Shown here: piece after piece, positions 51,991-61,202 of the stretch
How the letters are laid out: each line of letters begins with the position of its first letter
How positions within the stretch are numbered: position 1 is the first letter of the stretch
The notes under the pieces: generated by a model
Database searches by the model: none
What the model saw: only the letters and a program-made list of their open reading frames with translations
What the model was told of the DNA's origin: nothing
Program-made: the position numbers and the translations under genes
Assembly (NCBI GenBank): GCA_031554415.1
Contig: JAVBVG010000013.1
Location: forward strand, 2,352-66,351
From: Rikenellaceae bacterium
GTDB lineage: Bacteria > Bacteroidota > Bacteroidia > Bacteroidales > Rikenellaceae
Direction of reading: 5' to 3'
Length of the DNA: 64,000 nt

Positions 51991-53832
51991 ATGAAAGGAA
52001 TCGTTAGAAACAGGACTTTGTCAGTCTGCCTCGCACTTGCGGGAATCGCGTTGGGCTCTTCCGCCTGCTCGAAGAGCGAAGAATCCCCCGCAAAAAAGAT
52101 TACGCCGCCCGACCGGAAGGCCGGGAGTGTGTGCATAAAAGTATCGCAGCCAGCCGCTACAAGGACCTATATCGGCGGCGCCGGCCTCGACCGCACGGTG
52201 TGGTCCGAACTCGACGTGATAGGCGTTTACTGGCGCGCGCAGGGCAGCGGCGGCGAACTCAGCGGGCAGCGGTTCGGCTATTACCGCGAGCACGCCGACG
52301 AAACGTTCTTCTCGGCCGACATTTCCCCTGTGGCTCCGGGCGACTACATCTACTACGGCGCCTATCCGGTGCCCGCGTCGGTTTCGGGGACGACGGTCGC
52401 ATACGACCTGCCTGCCCTGCAGGACGGGACCTATGACAAGGCCGATTACGACATCCGCGACCAGACGACGCATCCCGCCTACAAGGGCAACCTCGATTTC
52501 CTGATCGCCGATCCTGTCTATGCGGGCTCTCTCACCGAAGGAGGGGAGGTGGCGCTCAATTTCATACGCCAGTGCCATGTGCTGAGAATCCAGGTGCCCG
52601 CAGGGCGCAACAGGCTCGGCAGCGACATCGACAGACTGCGGATAGAGTTTCCGTCGGACGTGGTGGGAACCATGACGATGGACCTTGCCGATCCCCTTGC
52701 CCCGCCTGTGCTCGGCAACGGTAGCAATGTCGTGACGCTCGACCTGCGGAAGCCGGTGTCGGAATCGGCTGCGGGCGAAACCGATCCCGATAAATACGTA
52801 TGGGTATTCGTATGTCCCGGCGAAATAAACGGGCAGGTGACATTCACAGGGTTCGACGTAAGCGGCGGGATGTCGAAAAAAATAAGCGTGGAGATGAACA
52901 AAACGCTGGAGGCGGGACGCATCACGCCGATAGACCTTACCATACCGGCAGAGGCCCCGCTTTCATGGATCGACTTCTCCATAGGCGATTACAGCAGGCT
53001 CGGCGAAAGTCCCAATTCGATCACGGTCAAGGCTCCCGAAGGGGTCGTGTTCCGCAGCGGCCGCAGTGAGGAAACGATCCAAAAGGATGGGAACAACCGG
53101 TTCCGGCTTAATTTTTACTACCAATACGGCGATATCTCTTTCGGCGATATACTCAATGACAAGGGGCTCGACATCACTTACGACACCAACAACGCGATCG
53201 TGTCGGATCACGTGTCGGTTACCGTGGCGTCCGAAACCGGCGTGGCCAAAAGCCTTACTCTTCCCTATTTGTTCGTGGAGGATTTTTCGGGCGTAGGCAC
53301 CATATCGTATGACGGCGATGCCGATGAAATCGGTAATGCGCTCGACTCTTTCGGGCTGCCCGGATGGACAGGCGCACACGTCGGGGCGCAGGCGGGGGCC
53401 AGGGTCAGAGTCGCAAGCAACCGTATTCAAACAGGAACTGTTCTCATTTTTTTTCCCGTATACACGAGTTTTAACGGGCGCATAGATTCTCCGCAATTCT
53501 CAGCATTGAAGCCTGGCAGTGCGGTTAAGGTCAGGGTCAATTTCAGCGGAGGGCTGAACAGCTCGACAGGCCGCTGGGCCGGCGGGTACACGAAAGATAA
53601 CGCCGGTGCGATATCGGGCGGCACGGGCCTGCAGACTACCGTGACCAACGCGACCAGCTCGCCGAACAGCAGCGGCTACAACTATGGTTCGGCGCTGAAT
53701 ACGACTTTGAATTTCACCATACCAAATTGCACGAACACGCACCGCGCGTCGTGGAGGGTAACGAACAATGCCTCGGGTGCCGGCAGCTACTATTTCTACC
53801 TCGACGACGTGAGGGCTACGATCGTACCGTAA
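51991..53832 (+). CDS. Fimbrillin-like surface lipoprotein (613 aa)
   Basis: The lipobox is GSSACS. The N-terminal pattern ATRTYIGG...WSELDVIGVYW ... LNFIRQCHVLRIQV is typical of Bacteroidales fimbrillin/Mfa-like folds. This was recognised by eye. Confidence 0.55.
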   Translation: MKGIVRNRTLSVCLALAGIALGSSACSKSEESPAKKITPPDRKAGSVCIKVSQPAATRTYIGGAGLDRTVWSELDVIGVYWRAQGSGGELSGQRFGYYREHADETFFSADISPVAPGDYIYYGAYPVPASVSGTTVAYDLPALQDGTYDKADYDIRDQTTHPAYKGNLDFLIADPVYAGSLTEGGEVALNFIRQCHVLRIQVPAGRNRLGSDIDRLRIEFPSDVVGTMTMDLADPLAPPVLGNGSNVVTLDLRKPVSESAAGETDPDKYVWVFVCPGEINGQVTFTGFDVSGGMSKKISVEMNKTLEAGRITPIDLTIPAEAPLSWIDFSIGDYSRLGESPNSITVKAPEGVVFRSGRSEETIQKDGNNRFRLNFYYQYGDISFGDILNDKGLDITYDTNNAIVSDHVSVTVASETGVAKSLTLPYLFVEDFSGVGTISYDGDADEIGNALDSFGLPGWTGAHVGAQAGARVRVASNRIQTGTVLIFFPVYTSFNGRIDSPQFSALKPGSAVKVRVNFSGGLNSSTGRWAGGYTKDNAGAISGGTGLQTTVTNATSSPNSSGYNYGSALNTTLNFTIPNCTNTHRASWRVTNNASGAGSYYFYLDDVRATIVP

Positions 53833-53857
53833 CAAACCGAAAATAACGAAACAGGAT

Positions 53858-54649
53858 ATGAAGAGATTTTCATTTATTATGGCCCTGCCGCTCGTGATGC
53901 TGGTTGCCGGATGCGCCGGCGGCAAAGAGCCCGCGGCGGTCGGAAAAGGAAGCGTCGTGCTGGAGTGCTCGGTCGCGGGAGGGGTGGACGCCCTGACCAG
54001 GGCCGAAACCAAACTCCTGCCGGACGGTTCCGTTCCCGATAAGGACGACCTGAAACTGGTGGTGTCGAATGCCGAAGGCGGCGTGGTGAAGAGTTACGGC
54101 CGGGCGGCCGATTACGACGCGCCCCTGTTCTGGACGGGCGACTATACTTTCGAATTTTCTTACGGCGACGCCGACGGGGAAGGCCCCGGAAAGGCCTGGT
54201 TCTACCGTTCGCAGCCGCTTACCATCGTCGCCCGCAAAGAGATGACGCAGACGGTGACGGTAAAGCTCGCCAACTCGCTCTATTCGCTCGTGCTGACCGA
54301 CTGGTTCAAAAACTATTACGACGAATACTCGCTGGTCATCACGACCGGATCGGGATACGCGCACACCTTCGCGGGATCGAAGAGCGAACCTCTGACCGAA
54401 ACGCCCGTGTTCGTCCGGGCCGGGACCAAACTCTATATGAGCGGCACGGCAGTCAAGACCAACGGCGTGGAGGTCGCTTTCAGCAATACCGAGATATGTC
54501 CCGGCACTGCGGCCTGTTCGTGGCACACGGTCACGGCCGACCTTTCCGGCATAGGCGACGGTTCGCTGGCGATAAGGCTCGAGGGCGACGACGAACTTGT
54601 CAACGTCCCCGTGGAGATAGAGCTGAACCCGGATCCGAAAGAAGATTAA
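53858..54649 (+). CDS. Lipoprotein, DUF4493-like (263 aa)
   Basis: The lipobox is LVAGCAG. It has a GSVVLECS...DALTRAE start and a YTFEFSYGD block. Confidence 0.5.
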   Translation: MKRFSFIMALPLVMLVAGCAGGKEPAAVGKGSVVLECSVAGGVDALTRAETKLLPDGSVPDKDDLKLVVSNAEGGVVKSYGRAADYDAPLFWTGDYTFEFSYGDADGEGPGKAWFYRSQPLTIVARKEMTQTVTVKLANSLYSLVLTDWFKNYYDEYSLVITTGSGYAHTFAGSKSEPLTETPVFVRAGTKLYMSGTAVKTNGVEVAFSNTEICPGTAACSWHTVTADLSGIGDGSLAIRLEGDDELVNVPVEIELNPDPKED

Positions 54650-54679
54650 CCCAAACAGGAAATAAAAACTCTTAAAAAT

Positions 54680-56515
54680 ATGAAAAAGACCGCATTAATG
54701 TTTTTCCTGGCGCTCGGAGCGCTCCTTACGGGATGTAAGGAGTCCATCAGCTTCGGCGGCGATGAGGAGGACAAAACCAAGACCGGCAAACTGGTTATTT
54801 CGGGGCTCAACGTAGCCGTTGCCAAATATGACGAAGAGATGTCCTCTTCGGGCAACACCAATGACCCGCAGGCGTCCGCCGATCCGGGCAGGCCTTCTCC
54901 GGCCAAAGCCACGCGCGCCGAGGGTTCCGAAACCGCCGCGGCTCCGGCCGACTACATCGTCAGGATCAGAAACCAGAAAACCGGTGAAGAGGTGGATAAA
55001 TACACCTGCGGCGAACTGGGGCAGCTGGCGGAGGGGAAGATCGAGCTCTATCCCGGCGTCTACGTCATTTCGGCCGAATCCCCCGATTACGAGGCTTATG
55101 CGGGGAACGCCGCCGCGCGGGCGGACTGGGAAACCCCGGTGTATTACGGCTCCGTATCGAAAACCGTCATGCCGAAGGAGGAGACGGCGGTATCGGACCT
55201 GGTCTGCACGCTGGCCAACATTAAAACGACCGTCGCCCTTTCGCAGGACCTTTGCGGCCTTTTCATGAGCGATGCGGAGGCCGAAAGCCTCGGCAAGCAG
55301 AAACTTGCCGTCACGCTTTCGGTCGGAGGAGGCTCACTCACGTTCGACCGCGCCAAAAGCGAAAGCGGAGCCGCCGGATACTTCAAAGCCGCCGCAGGCA
55401 CGAATACGATAAAGGTCGAACTTACCGGTATGTACAACTCCTCGGCGGGCGACGAGGCTCCGGAGTACGACCTTGTGAACTGGGAGCAGGAGATCGCCGG
55501 CTGTACCGCAGGCCAGTGGCGCAAGCTCTCGATCGGCATTCTCAATGCCCACGAGGGTAACGTCAGGTTCGAGCTGATCGTGCAGAACTGGGTCTACGAC
55601 GAGAAGATAAATGTAGACGTGATGGGCCTGTATTCGGCTTTCTTCGGCGAAGAGACCATCAAGGAGGGAGAGGTGTCGGATGCCGACGCTCCGGTGGTGT
55701 CGCTCGCTGGCGGCGCCATAGAGAACGGATACACCATAAGCCCGTCGATATACGACGCCGACCTGGAAAAATGGACCGCGAACCTGAAAGTGCTGATCAC
55801 CCCGGTCGGCGGCGCAGGCGTGGCTTCGGTGGATGTTTCGGTCGATTCGGATAACGCCGCCCTGTTGGCCGCGGCGGGAGGCGAAGAGAACAGGATCGCG
55901 ATATGGCCGTCCAACACCGTTTCGGCGTATCTTACGGTCAGGGAGGACGCTTCGGTCGTGAGCGCGACGCTCAAGGATGCCGGCATGTCGGAGATATTCC
56001 GCTACCCGGGCGTGCACACCGTTAAATACATAGCCACGGACTCGCATGGACGCACCTCCTACACCACGCTCGCGATCACCGTCACGGAATCCGGCGGCGG
56101 ACCGGAGATCGTGTGGACCAACGCCGACGGTTCGTTTACATACGATCTCTCTCAGCGCTATAATCATGACGAGGTTGAGATCCTTATAACGGTGACCACG
56201 GAGAGCGCATTTACGGATTTCTCGGTAGACATTATCAGTCCCGACATACTTTCTCCCGCCGCGCTTGCCGGCGTAGGGCTCTCTTCGCACCTCGACCTGA
56301 TCAATCCGGGAGGGATGGAAGGGGCTCTTAACGGACTGGGATTCCCGACGGGCGGCGATGTAACCTCCAGCAAGGTGGTCCGGTTCGACATCACCGGTTT
56401 CATGGGACTGCTGTCGGCCCTGCAAACCGCAGGCGACTGCGACTTCCGGCTTTCCGTGACCGACGCGTCGGGTACGACTGTCCGGACCGTGCAGCTGGAT
56501 GTCGTAATACCGTAG
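54680..56515 (+). CDS. Lipoprotein, DUF4493-like N-terminal region plus extra C-terminal domains (611 aa)
   Basis: The lipobox is LLTGCK. GKLVISGLNVAV...ATRAEG parallels the preceding gene. The last 137 aa are paralogous to 56564..57082. Confidence 0.5.
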   Translation: MKKTALMFFLALGALLTGCKESISFGGDEEDKTKTGKLVISGLNVAVAKYDEEMSSSGNTNDPQASADPGRPSPAKATRAEGSETAAAPADYIVRIRNQKTGEEVDKYTCGELGQLAEGKIELYPGVYVISAESPDYEAYAGNAAARADWETPVYYGSVSKTVMPKEETAVSDLVCTLANIKTTVALSQDLCGLFMSDAEAESLGKQKLAVTLSVGGGSLTFDRAKSESGAAGYFKAAAGTNTIKVELTGMYNSSAGDEAPEYDLVNWEQEIAGCTAGQWRKLSIGILNAHEGNVRFELIVQNWVYDEKINVDVMGLYSAFFGEETIKEGEVSDADAPVVSLAGGAIENGYTISPSIYDADLEKWTANLKVLITPVGGAGVASVDVSVDSDNAALLAAAGGEENRIAIWPSNTVSAYLTVREDASVVSATLKDAGMSEIFRYPGVHTVKYIATDSHGRTSYTTLAITVTESGGGPEIVWTNADGSFTYDLSQRYNHDEVEILITVTTESAFTDFSVDIISPDILSPAALAGVGLSSHLDLINPGGMEGALNGLGFPTGGDVTSSKVVRFDITGFMGLLSALQTAGDCDFRLSVTDASGTTVRTVQLDVVIP

Positions 56516-56563
56516 GCAAATGCAATAATTCACATGACAGATATAAAATTAACAGATTAAAAA

Positions 56564-57082
56564 ATGAAGACTATGAAAACGATGAAAAATTATATGAAAT
56601 ACCTTGTGGGCTTTTTCGCAATTACCGCAATGCTTCTGACCGGATGCGACAAGAATGAACCCGGAGCCAACGGCCCTTCCGTCACCTGGACCGACACCGA
56701 CGGCACCACCACCTATGACTTCTCGAAGCGTTATAAAAGCGACGAAGTGGAGATACTTGTCAAGGCCACCACAAAAAATGCGTTTACCGGCTTCACAGTG
56801 GATATTATCAGCGCGTCGCTTACAAATGAGGTTCTCCAGCCTTTCGGGCTGGGCACACACCTCGACCTTGTAAATCCTGGAGCGACCGCCACCGCGCTCG
56901 AGACTTTCGGATTCGTGACGGGAACCGGCATCACATCGTCGGCCTCGGTTTCATTTAACATTTCCGGCATGATGACGATGCTGTCGGCGTTCCCTGGCGA
57001 CTGCGATTTCAAACTCACGGTGACAGACGGCGACGGTACGACCGTTAAAACGGTGAAGCTTAATGTGGTCGCACCGAAATAG
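56564..57082 (+). CDS. Small lipoprotein (172 aa) paralogous to the C-terminal domain of the preceding gene
   Basis: The lipobox is LLTGCD. Its mature domain aligns end to end with residues 475-611 of the upstream protein. Confidence 0.6.
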   Translation: MKTMKTMKNYMKYLVGFFAITAMLLTGCDKNEPGANGPSVTWTDTDGTTTYDFSKRYKSDEVEILVKATTKNAFTGFTVDIISASLTNEVLQPFGLGTHLDLVNPGATATALETFGFVTGTGITSSASVSFNISGMMTMLSAFPGDCDFKLTVTDGDGTTVKTVKLNVVAPK

Positions 57083-57116
57083 TTTACACAGGGCCATCAA
57101 TTTACCTCTACAGGAA

Positions 57117-59252
57117 ATGAAGAGACATTTGAAATACCTTGCCGGCTGCGGGCTGTTGCTCGCGCTCCTGTCGGGGTGCGGCAATGAGCGGCCCGAACCG
57201 GCGCCGCGGGAGGCCGGCGGCAATGCGGTGGTTCAGCTGAGTTTTACTCTGCCGGACGCCACGCGCGCCTACGACGCGCTGGAAACCAGCGTGCTGCGCA
57301 TATACAAAGTCGAGGACGACGGGTCCGGAGGCGAAGCCGAAGGGCTGATCCGCAGGTACGAACCGGCTACGGATATCCCGGCGGATCTCTATCTCGCGGC
57401 CGGTAAATACCGCGTAAAAATCGATGCGGGTGACAAAAGCAAAGCCTCCTTTACCAATAAAACGTATCACGGCGAGGCGGACTTCACGCTTACCGACCAC
57501 GAGGTCAAAAACGTGGAAGTCGTCTGCCGCCTGACCAACATCGCGGTAAAGGTGGTGTTCGACCCGACGATCGAAAAATTCGACGAGGGGTATGAACTTT
57601 ATGTCAGCGCCTCGGACGCCTTCTCGAAAACGGCCGCCGAGACCGGAAGCGTGCCGACGCTCAAATATACCGCGGACGGCACCGGATATTTCATCCTTCC
57701 CGCAGGGGTGAGCGACATATCGTGGGGTTTCTACGGCTCCAGTTCCGATCCCATCGTCGCCACGTATCCCACCGAATACACGGGCGTTCTTTCCGCTCCC
57801 CAGGGAGGAATGCTTTACACTCTGACCTACAGGTTCTCGGACTTTGCCGACGGATACCTGTCGGTAAGCGTCGAGTCGCGCAAATACGAGAGCAAACACG
57901 ACGACCACTTCTCGTTCAGCCCGCAGCCGAGGCTGACCGGCATCGGGTTCAGCCTGACGAATGTGGTCGCGGAACGCACCGCGCCCCTGAATTTCCAGCT
58001 CTCGTCGCTCACTCCCTTCTCGTCGCTCACGTTGGAAGCCAACGGAACCCGGTACGACATAATAACGGGCGGCACGGTAAATGGCGATCTCGCTGCGCAG
58101 GGCATCGCGTGCACTATGGATAATAGCGGCGAAAGCGGCCTGCTGACCATCGGCGAAGAATTCATAGCGCAGCTTCCCCCCGGTATCAGCACCCTCTCCT
58201 TCGCAGCGCAGGATGCCGACGGCACCGACGGAAAGGCGGTGGTGAGGGTGGCGGTAACAGGCGCTGCCGGATTAGAGTCGGCAGACCTGTGGATGAGGAC
58301 CGGCACGCTTTCGGCCGTATCCACCGATCCTGCCGCCACGGAAGTAAAGATACGTTACAAAGAGGAGGACGCGGACGAGTGGACGGTTCTCGATGCCGTG
58401 CACGACGGCGATTACAGGTACGTGGCCGAAGATGCGGAGATAAGGGCCGGGCGCAAATACCGGATACAGCTTCTGGAGAACGGTGCGGCGAGCGGCGCCG
58501 TTAAACTCGTTACGACGGAAGAGGGAGTGCAGGTTCCGGGCGCAGGCTTTGAGGAGTGGCACACGCAGAGCAACGGCGCGTGGTACCCATACGCCCAGGG
58601 CGGACAACAGTATTGGGATACAGGCAACCCCGGCTCGATCACGATGAGTGTCAACATTACGACAAAGGGCGCAGCACGCACCGGTTCGAGCGGCTCCGTA
58701 TCCGCAGCGATGGAAACCAAGTTCGTAGGTGTTCTCGGCATTGGCAAGCTTGCCGGGGGCAACATCTACCTGGGCCAATTCATGGGCAGGGAAGAAATGG
58801 GCGGCAAGGTCAATTTCGGACGCGAGTTCGAGTTCAACGCACGCCCCGAGGCGCTGCGCGTGTGGGTCAAATGCAACCCCAAAGGTACCGATCAGGCCCG
58901 CATATTCCTCTGCCTTATCAATATGACCAACGGCAAGAGATACCATATGGTCAACACCAACGATATCGTGAAGACGAAATTCGACGCCCATGCCGAATTT
59001 TGCTACAGCGACAACAACAACAAGGGACCTGCAACCCTCGAGGGGCACATACTCGGTTACGCCGACCTGATGCTCGGCACGGCGATCACCGGATGGACCA
59101 TGATCGACATCCCGATCATCTACCGCGACCAATATATGCATGAAAAGCCCAATATGCTCATGATAACCGCCACGTCCAGCTGGCAGAGCGACGAATTTAT
59201 AGGCGAGGTCGGCAGCACGATGGACCTCGACGACGTGGAGTTCATTTACTAA
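57117..59252 (+). CDS. Lipoprotein with C-terminal PCMD-like domain (711 aa)
   Basis: The lipobox is LLSGCG. The C-terminal blocks are GAGFEEWH...YWDTGNPG...GKLAGGNIYLGQF...RPEALRVWVK...DLDDVEFIY. Confidence 0.55.
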   Translation: MKRHLKYLAGCGLLLALLSGCGNERPEPAPREAGGNAVVQLSFTLPDATRAYDALETSVLRIYKVEDDGSGGEAEGLIRRYEPATDIPADLYLAAGKYRVKIDAGDKSKASFTNKTYHGEADFTLTDHEVKNVEVVCRLTNIAVKVVFDPTIEKFDEGYELYVSASDAFSKTAAETGSVPTLKYTADGTGYFILPAGVSDISWGFYGSSSDPIVATYPTEYTGVLSAPQGGMLYTLTYRFSDFADGYLSVSVESRKYESKHDDHFSFSPQPRLTGIGFSLTNVVAERTAPLNFQLSSLTPFSSLTLEANGTRYDIITGGTVNGDLAAQGIACTMDNSGESGLLTIGEEFIAQLPPGISTLSFAAQDADGTDGKAVVRVAVTGAAGLESADLWMRTGTLSAVSTDPAATEVKIRYKEEDADEWTVLDAVHDGDYRYVAEDAEIRAGRKYRIQLLENGAASGAVKLVTTEEGVQVPGAGFEEWHTQSNGAWYPYAQGGQQYWDTGNPGSITMSVNITTKGAARTGSSGSVSAAMETKFVGVLGIGKLAGGNIYLGQFMGREEMGGKVNFGREFEFNARPEALRVWVKCNPKGTDQARIFLCLINMTNGKRYHMVNTNDIVKTKFDAHAEFCYSDNNNKGPATLEGHILGYADLMLGTAITGWTMIDIPIIYRDQYMHEKPNMLMITATSSWQSDEFIGEVGSTMDLDDVEFIY

Positions 59253-59261
59253 ACCGGACGA

Positions 59262-60044
59262 ATGAAAAAAATCTTTGTAATACTGACCATACTGTCGGTG
59301 TTTGCCGCCGCCGGAGCGTCGGCGCAGGAGGCGGTACAGCCGGACGCTTCCGTACAGGCGCCCTCTAAAAAGGACCGGGGGCTGACGAGCATGTCCAACG
59401 TGTTCGTTCCCAAGGGGCAATGGATTACCGGAATAACTGCCTCGTATTCAGCGCATAAGAATGAAAACTATTCATACGCCTCGCTCATCGAGGGGGTGAA
59501 TTCCAAAGGGCATACCGTCAAAGTGGCGCCCATGCTGGGATACACTTTCCGCAAGAACATGGTCGCGGGGATCCGTTTCGGCTATGCGCGCACCTACCTC
59601 GACGTCGAGAGCGGCGGGCTGCATATGGGCAGCGAGGAGGAGGGCGTGAATATCGACCTGGATTTCTATTACATGCTCAAACACTCGTATGAGGGGGTGC
59701 TCTTCTGGAGGAATTACATACCCTTCGGGGAGAACAAGCGTTTCGCGCTCTTTACCGAGGCTCAGCTCGGCGCCGGAGGGTCGCAGGCCAAATTCGCCAC
59801 CGACAACCCTGTAAAGGGGACTTACCAGACCGGCGGGTTCTTTTCGATCGCCGTGGTGCCGGGCATGGTGGGTTTCGTTACCAACGACATCGCGTTCGAG
59901 GTGAGCCTGGGCGTGTTGGGCATCACATTCAACCACGTGAACCAGACCCAGAACCAGGTGAATACCGGGAAACGGACATCCAGTTCGATGCACTACAATG
60001 TCAATCTGCTTTCGATCAACGTCGGGATGTCTTTTTATCTTTAA
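59262..60044 (+). CDS. Outer-membrane beta-barrel protein (260 aa)
   Basis: It has a signal peptide and an alternating strand pattern. It ends GMSFYL. Confidence 0.55.
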   Translation: MKKIFVILTILSVFAAAGASAQEAVQPDASVQAPSKKDRGLTSMSNVFVPKGQWITGITASYSAHKNENYSYASLIEGVNSKGHTVKVAPMLGYTFRKNMVAGIRFGYARTYLDVESGGLHMGSEEEGVNIDLDFYYMLKHSYEGVLFWRNYIPFGENKRFALFTEAQLGAGGSQAKFATDNPVKGTYQTGGFFSIAVVPGMVGFVTNDIAFEVSLGVLGITFNHVNQTQNQVNTGKRTSSSMHYNVNLLSINVGMSFYL

Positions 60045-60056
60045 CGCGGGTACGAT

Positions 60057-61187
60057 ATGATGAAGAAAAATATAAATCTGTTTTCAGTAACGGTACTTGC
60101 GGCAGCGGCTCTTTCGATGACGGCATGTACCGGCGACGGTGAAAAGGGCGAAGGAATGGACACGGCGCCGGAAACCGCCGTCGTCGCGGCCGAGCCCGCC
60201 ATGAAGCCGCAGGCGGCCGCCGATACTGTCGTTCCGGCCGAAGATGTCCCTGCCCCGCAGCCACGCGTCATCGTGAGCAGGGTGGAGGAGAAGGTGTATA
60301 AGCACATCTACGACACGGTAAGGATATACGTCTATGAGGATAGGATCAGATGGGTGGAGCAGCCGACTGCCGTGATATGTGAAGTAACGGAGCCCGTTAC
60401 GCAGGACGACACTCTGGTTGTGACCGATCCGGAGGAAGGTGCGATGGCTGTAGGACAGGAGCCGGAACAGTCCCGGAAACGGGAGCGTTTCATGCCGATG
60501 ACGCACCGCATCGACCGCCATATCAACGACGTGAAATTCGTCCGCAAGAACGAGTGGGCGGTCGGTCTGACGGTGTCGTACGCGACGCTCAACAGCGACG
60601 ATTCCGATTTCATGCTGCTGCTCGACGACATCAACCTGAAGGGGTCTTATTTCAAGATCAACCCCTCGGTCAGCTACTTTTTCACCGACAACATCAGCGT
60701 CGGCCTCAGGTTCGGGTACAACAACCTGAACGGCACCATAGACAACCTGTCGCTCGACCTGGGCTCGGGCAGCGACATCGACGCCTCGATCACCAACGTG
60801 AGCCTCACCAGCCGCGCCACCACTTACGCGGCATTCCTGCGTTCTTATGCGGGCATCGACAAAAAGGGCAATTTCGGGCTCTTCGGCGAGCTGGAACTCT
60901 CGGTGAAGAACGGGATGACCGACTTCAAATACGAACCCCTCGACGCCGACTCCAGGTATATGTCGAGCACCAGCCTGCAGCTCAAGGCGGCGATGCACTG
61001 CGGTCTGGCGGTCTACCTGATGCCACAGGTGTGCGTTACGTTCTCGTGCGGCTTCGGCGGACTGCAATACAACAAGGTGAAGCAGATGGATCCCGGCGGC
61101 GTGGTGGTCGGCACCCGCGAAGCGTCGCAGATGAAATTCAAACTGAATGTCGCCGACATCAGGTTCGGGGTGAATATACTTTTATAA
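60057..61187 (+). CDS. Lipoprotein with C-terminal beta-barrel paralogous to 59262..60044 (376 aa)
   Basis: The lipobox is SMTACT. The barrel part is colinear with the previous gene (KNEWAVGLTVSYA aligns with KGQWITGITASYS; GLRFGY aligns with GIRFGY). Confidence 0.55.
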   Translation: MMKKNINLFSVTVLAAAALSMTACTGDGEKGEGMDTAPETAVVAAEPAMKPQAAADTVVPAEDVPAPQPRVIVSRVEEKVYKHIYDTVRIYVYEDRIRWVEQPTAVICEVTEPVTQDDTLVVTDPEEGAMAVGQEPEQSRKRERFMPMTHRIDRHINDVKFVRKNEWAVGLTVSYATLNSDDSDFMLLLDDINLKGSYFKINPSVSYFFTDNISVGLRFGYNNLNGTIDNLSLDLGSGSDIDASITNVSLTSRATTYAAFLRSYAGIDKKGNFGLFGELELSVKNGMTDFKYEPLDADSRYMSSTSLQLKAAMHCGLAVYLMPQVCVTFSCGFGGLQYNKVKQMDPGGVVVGTREASQMKFKLNVADIRFGVNILL

Positions 61188-61202
61188 ACAGACTCTTAAG
61201 CT

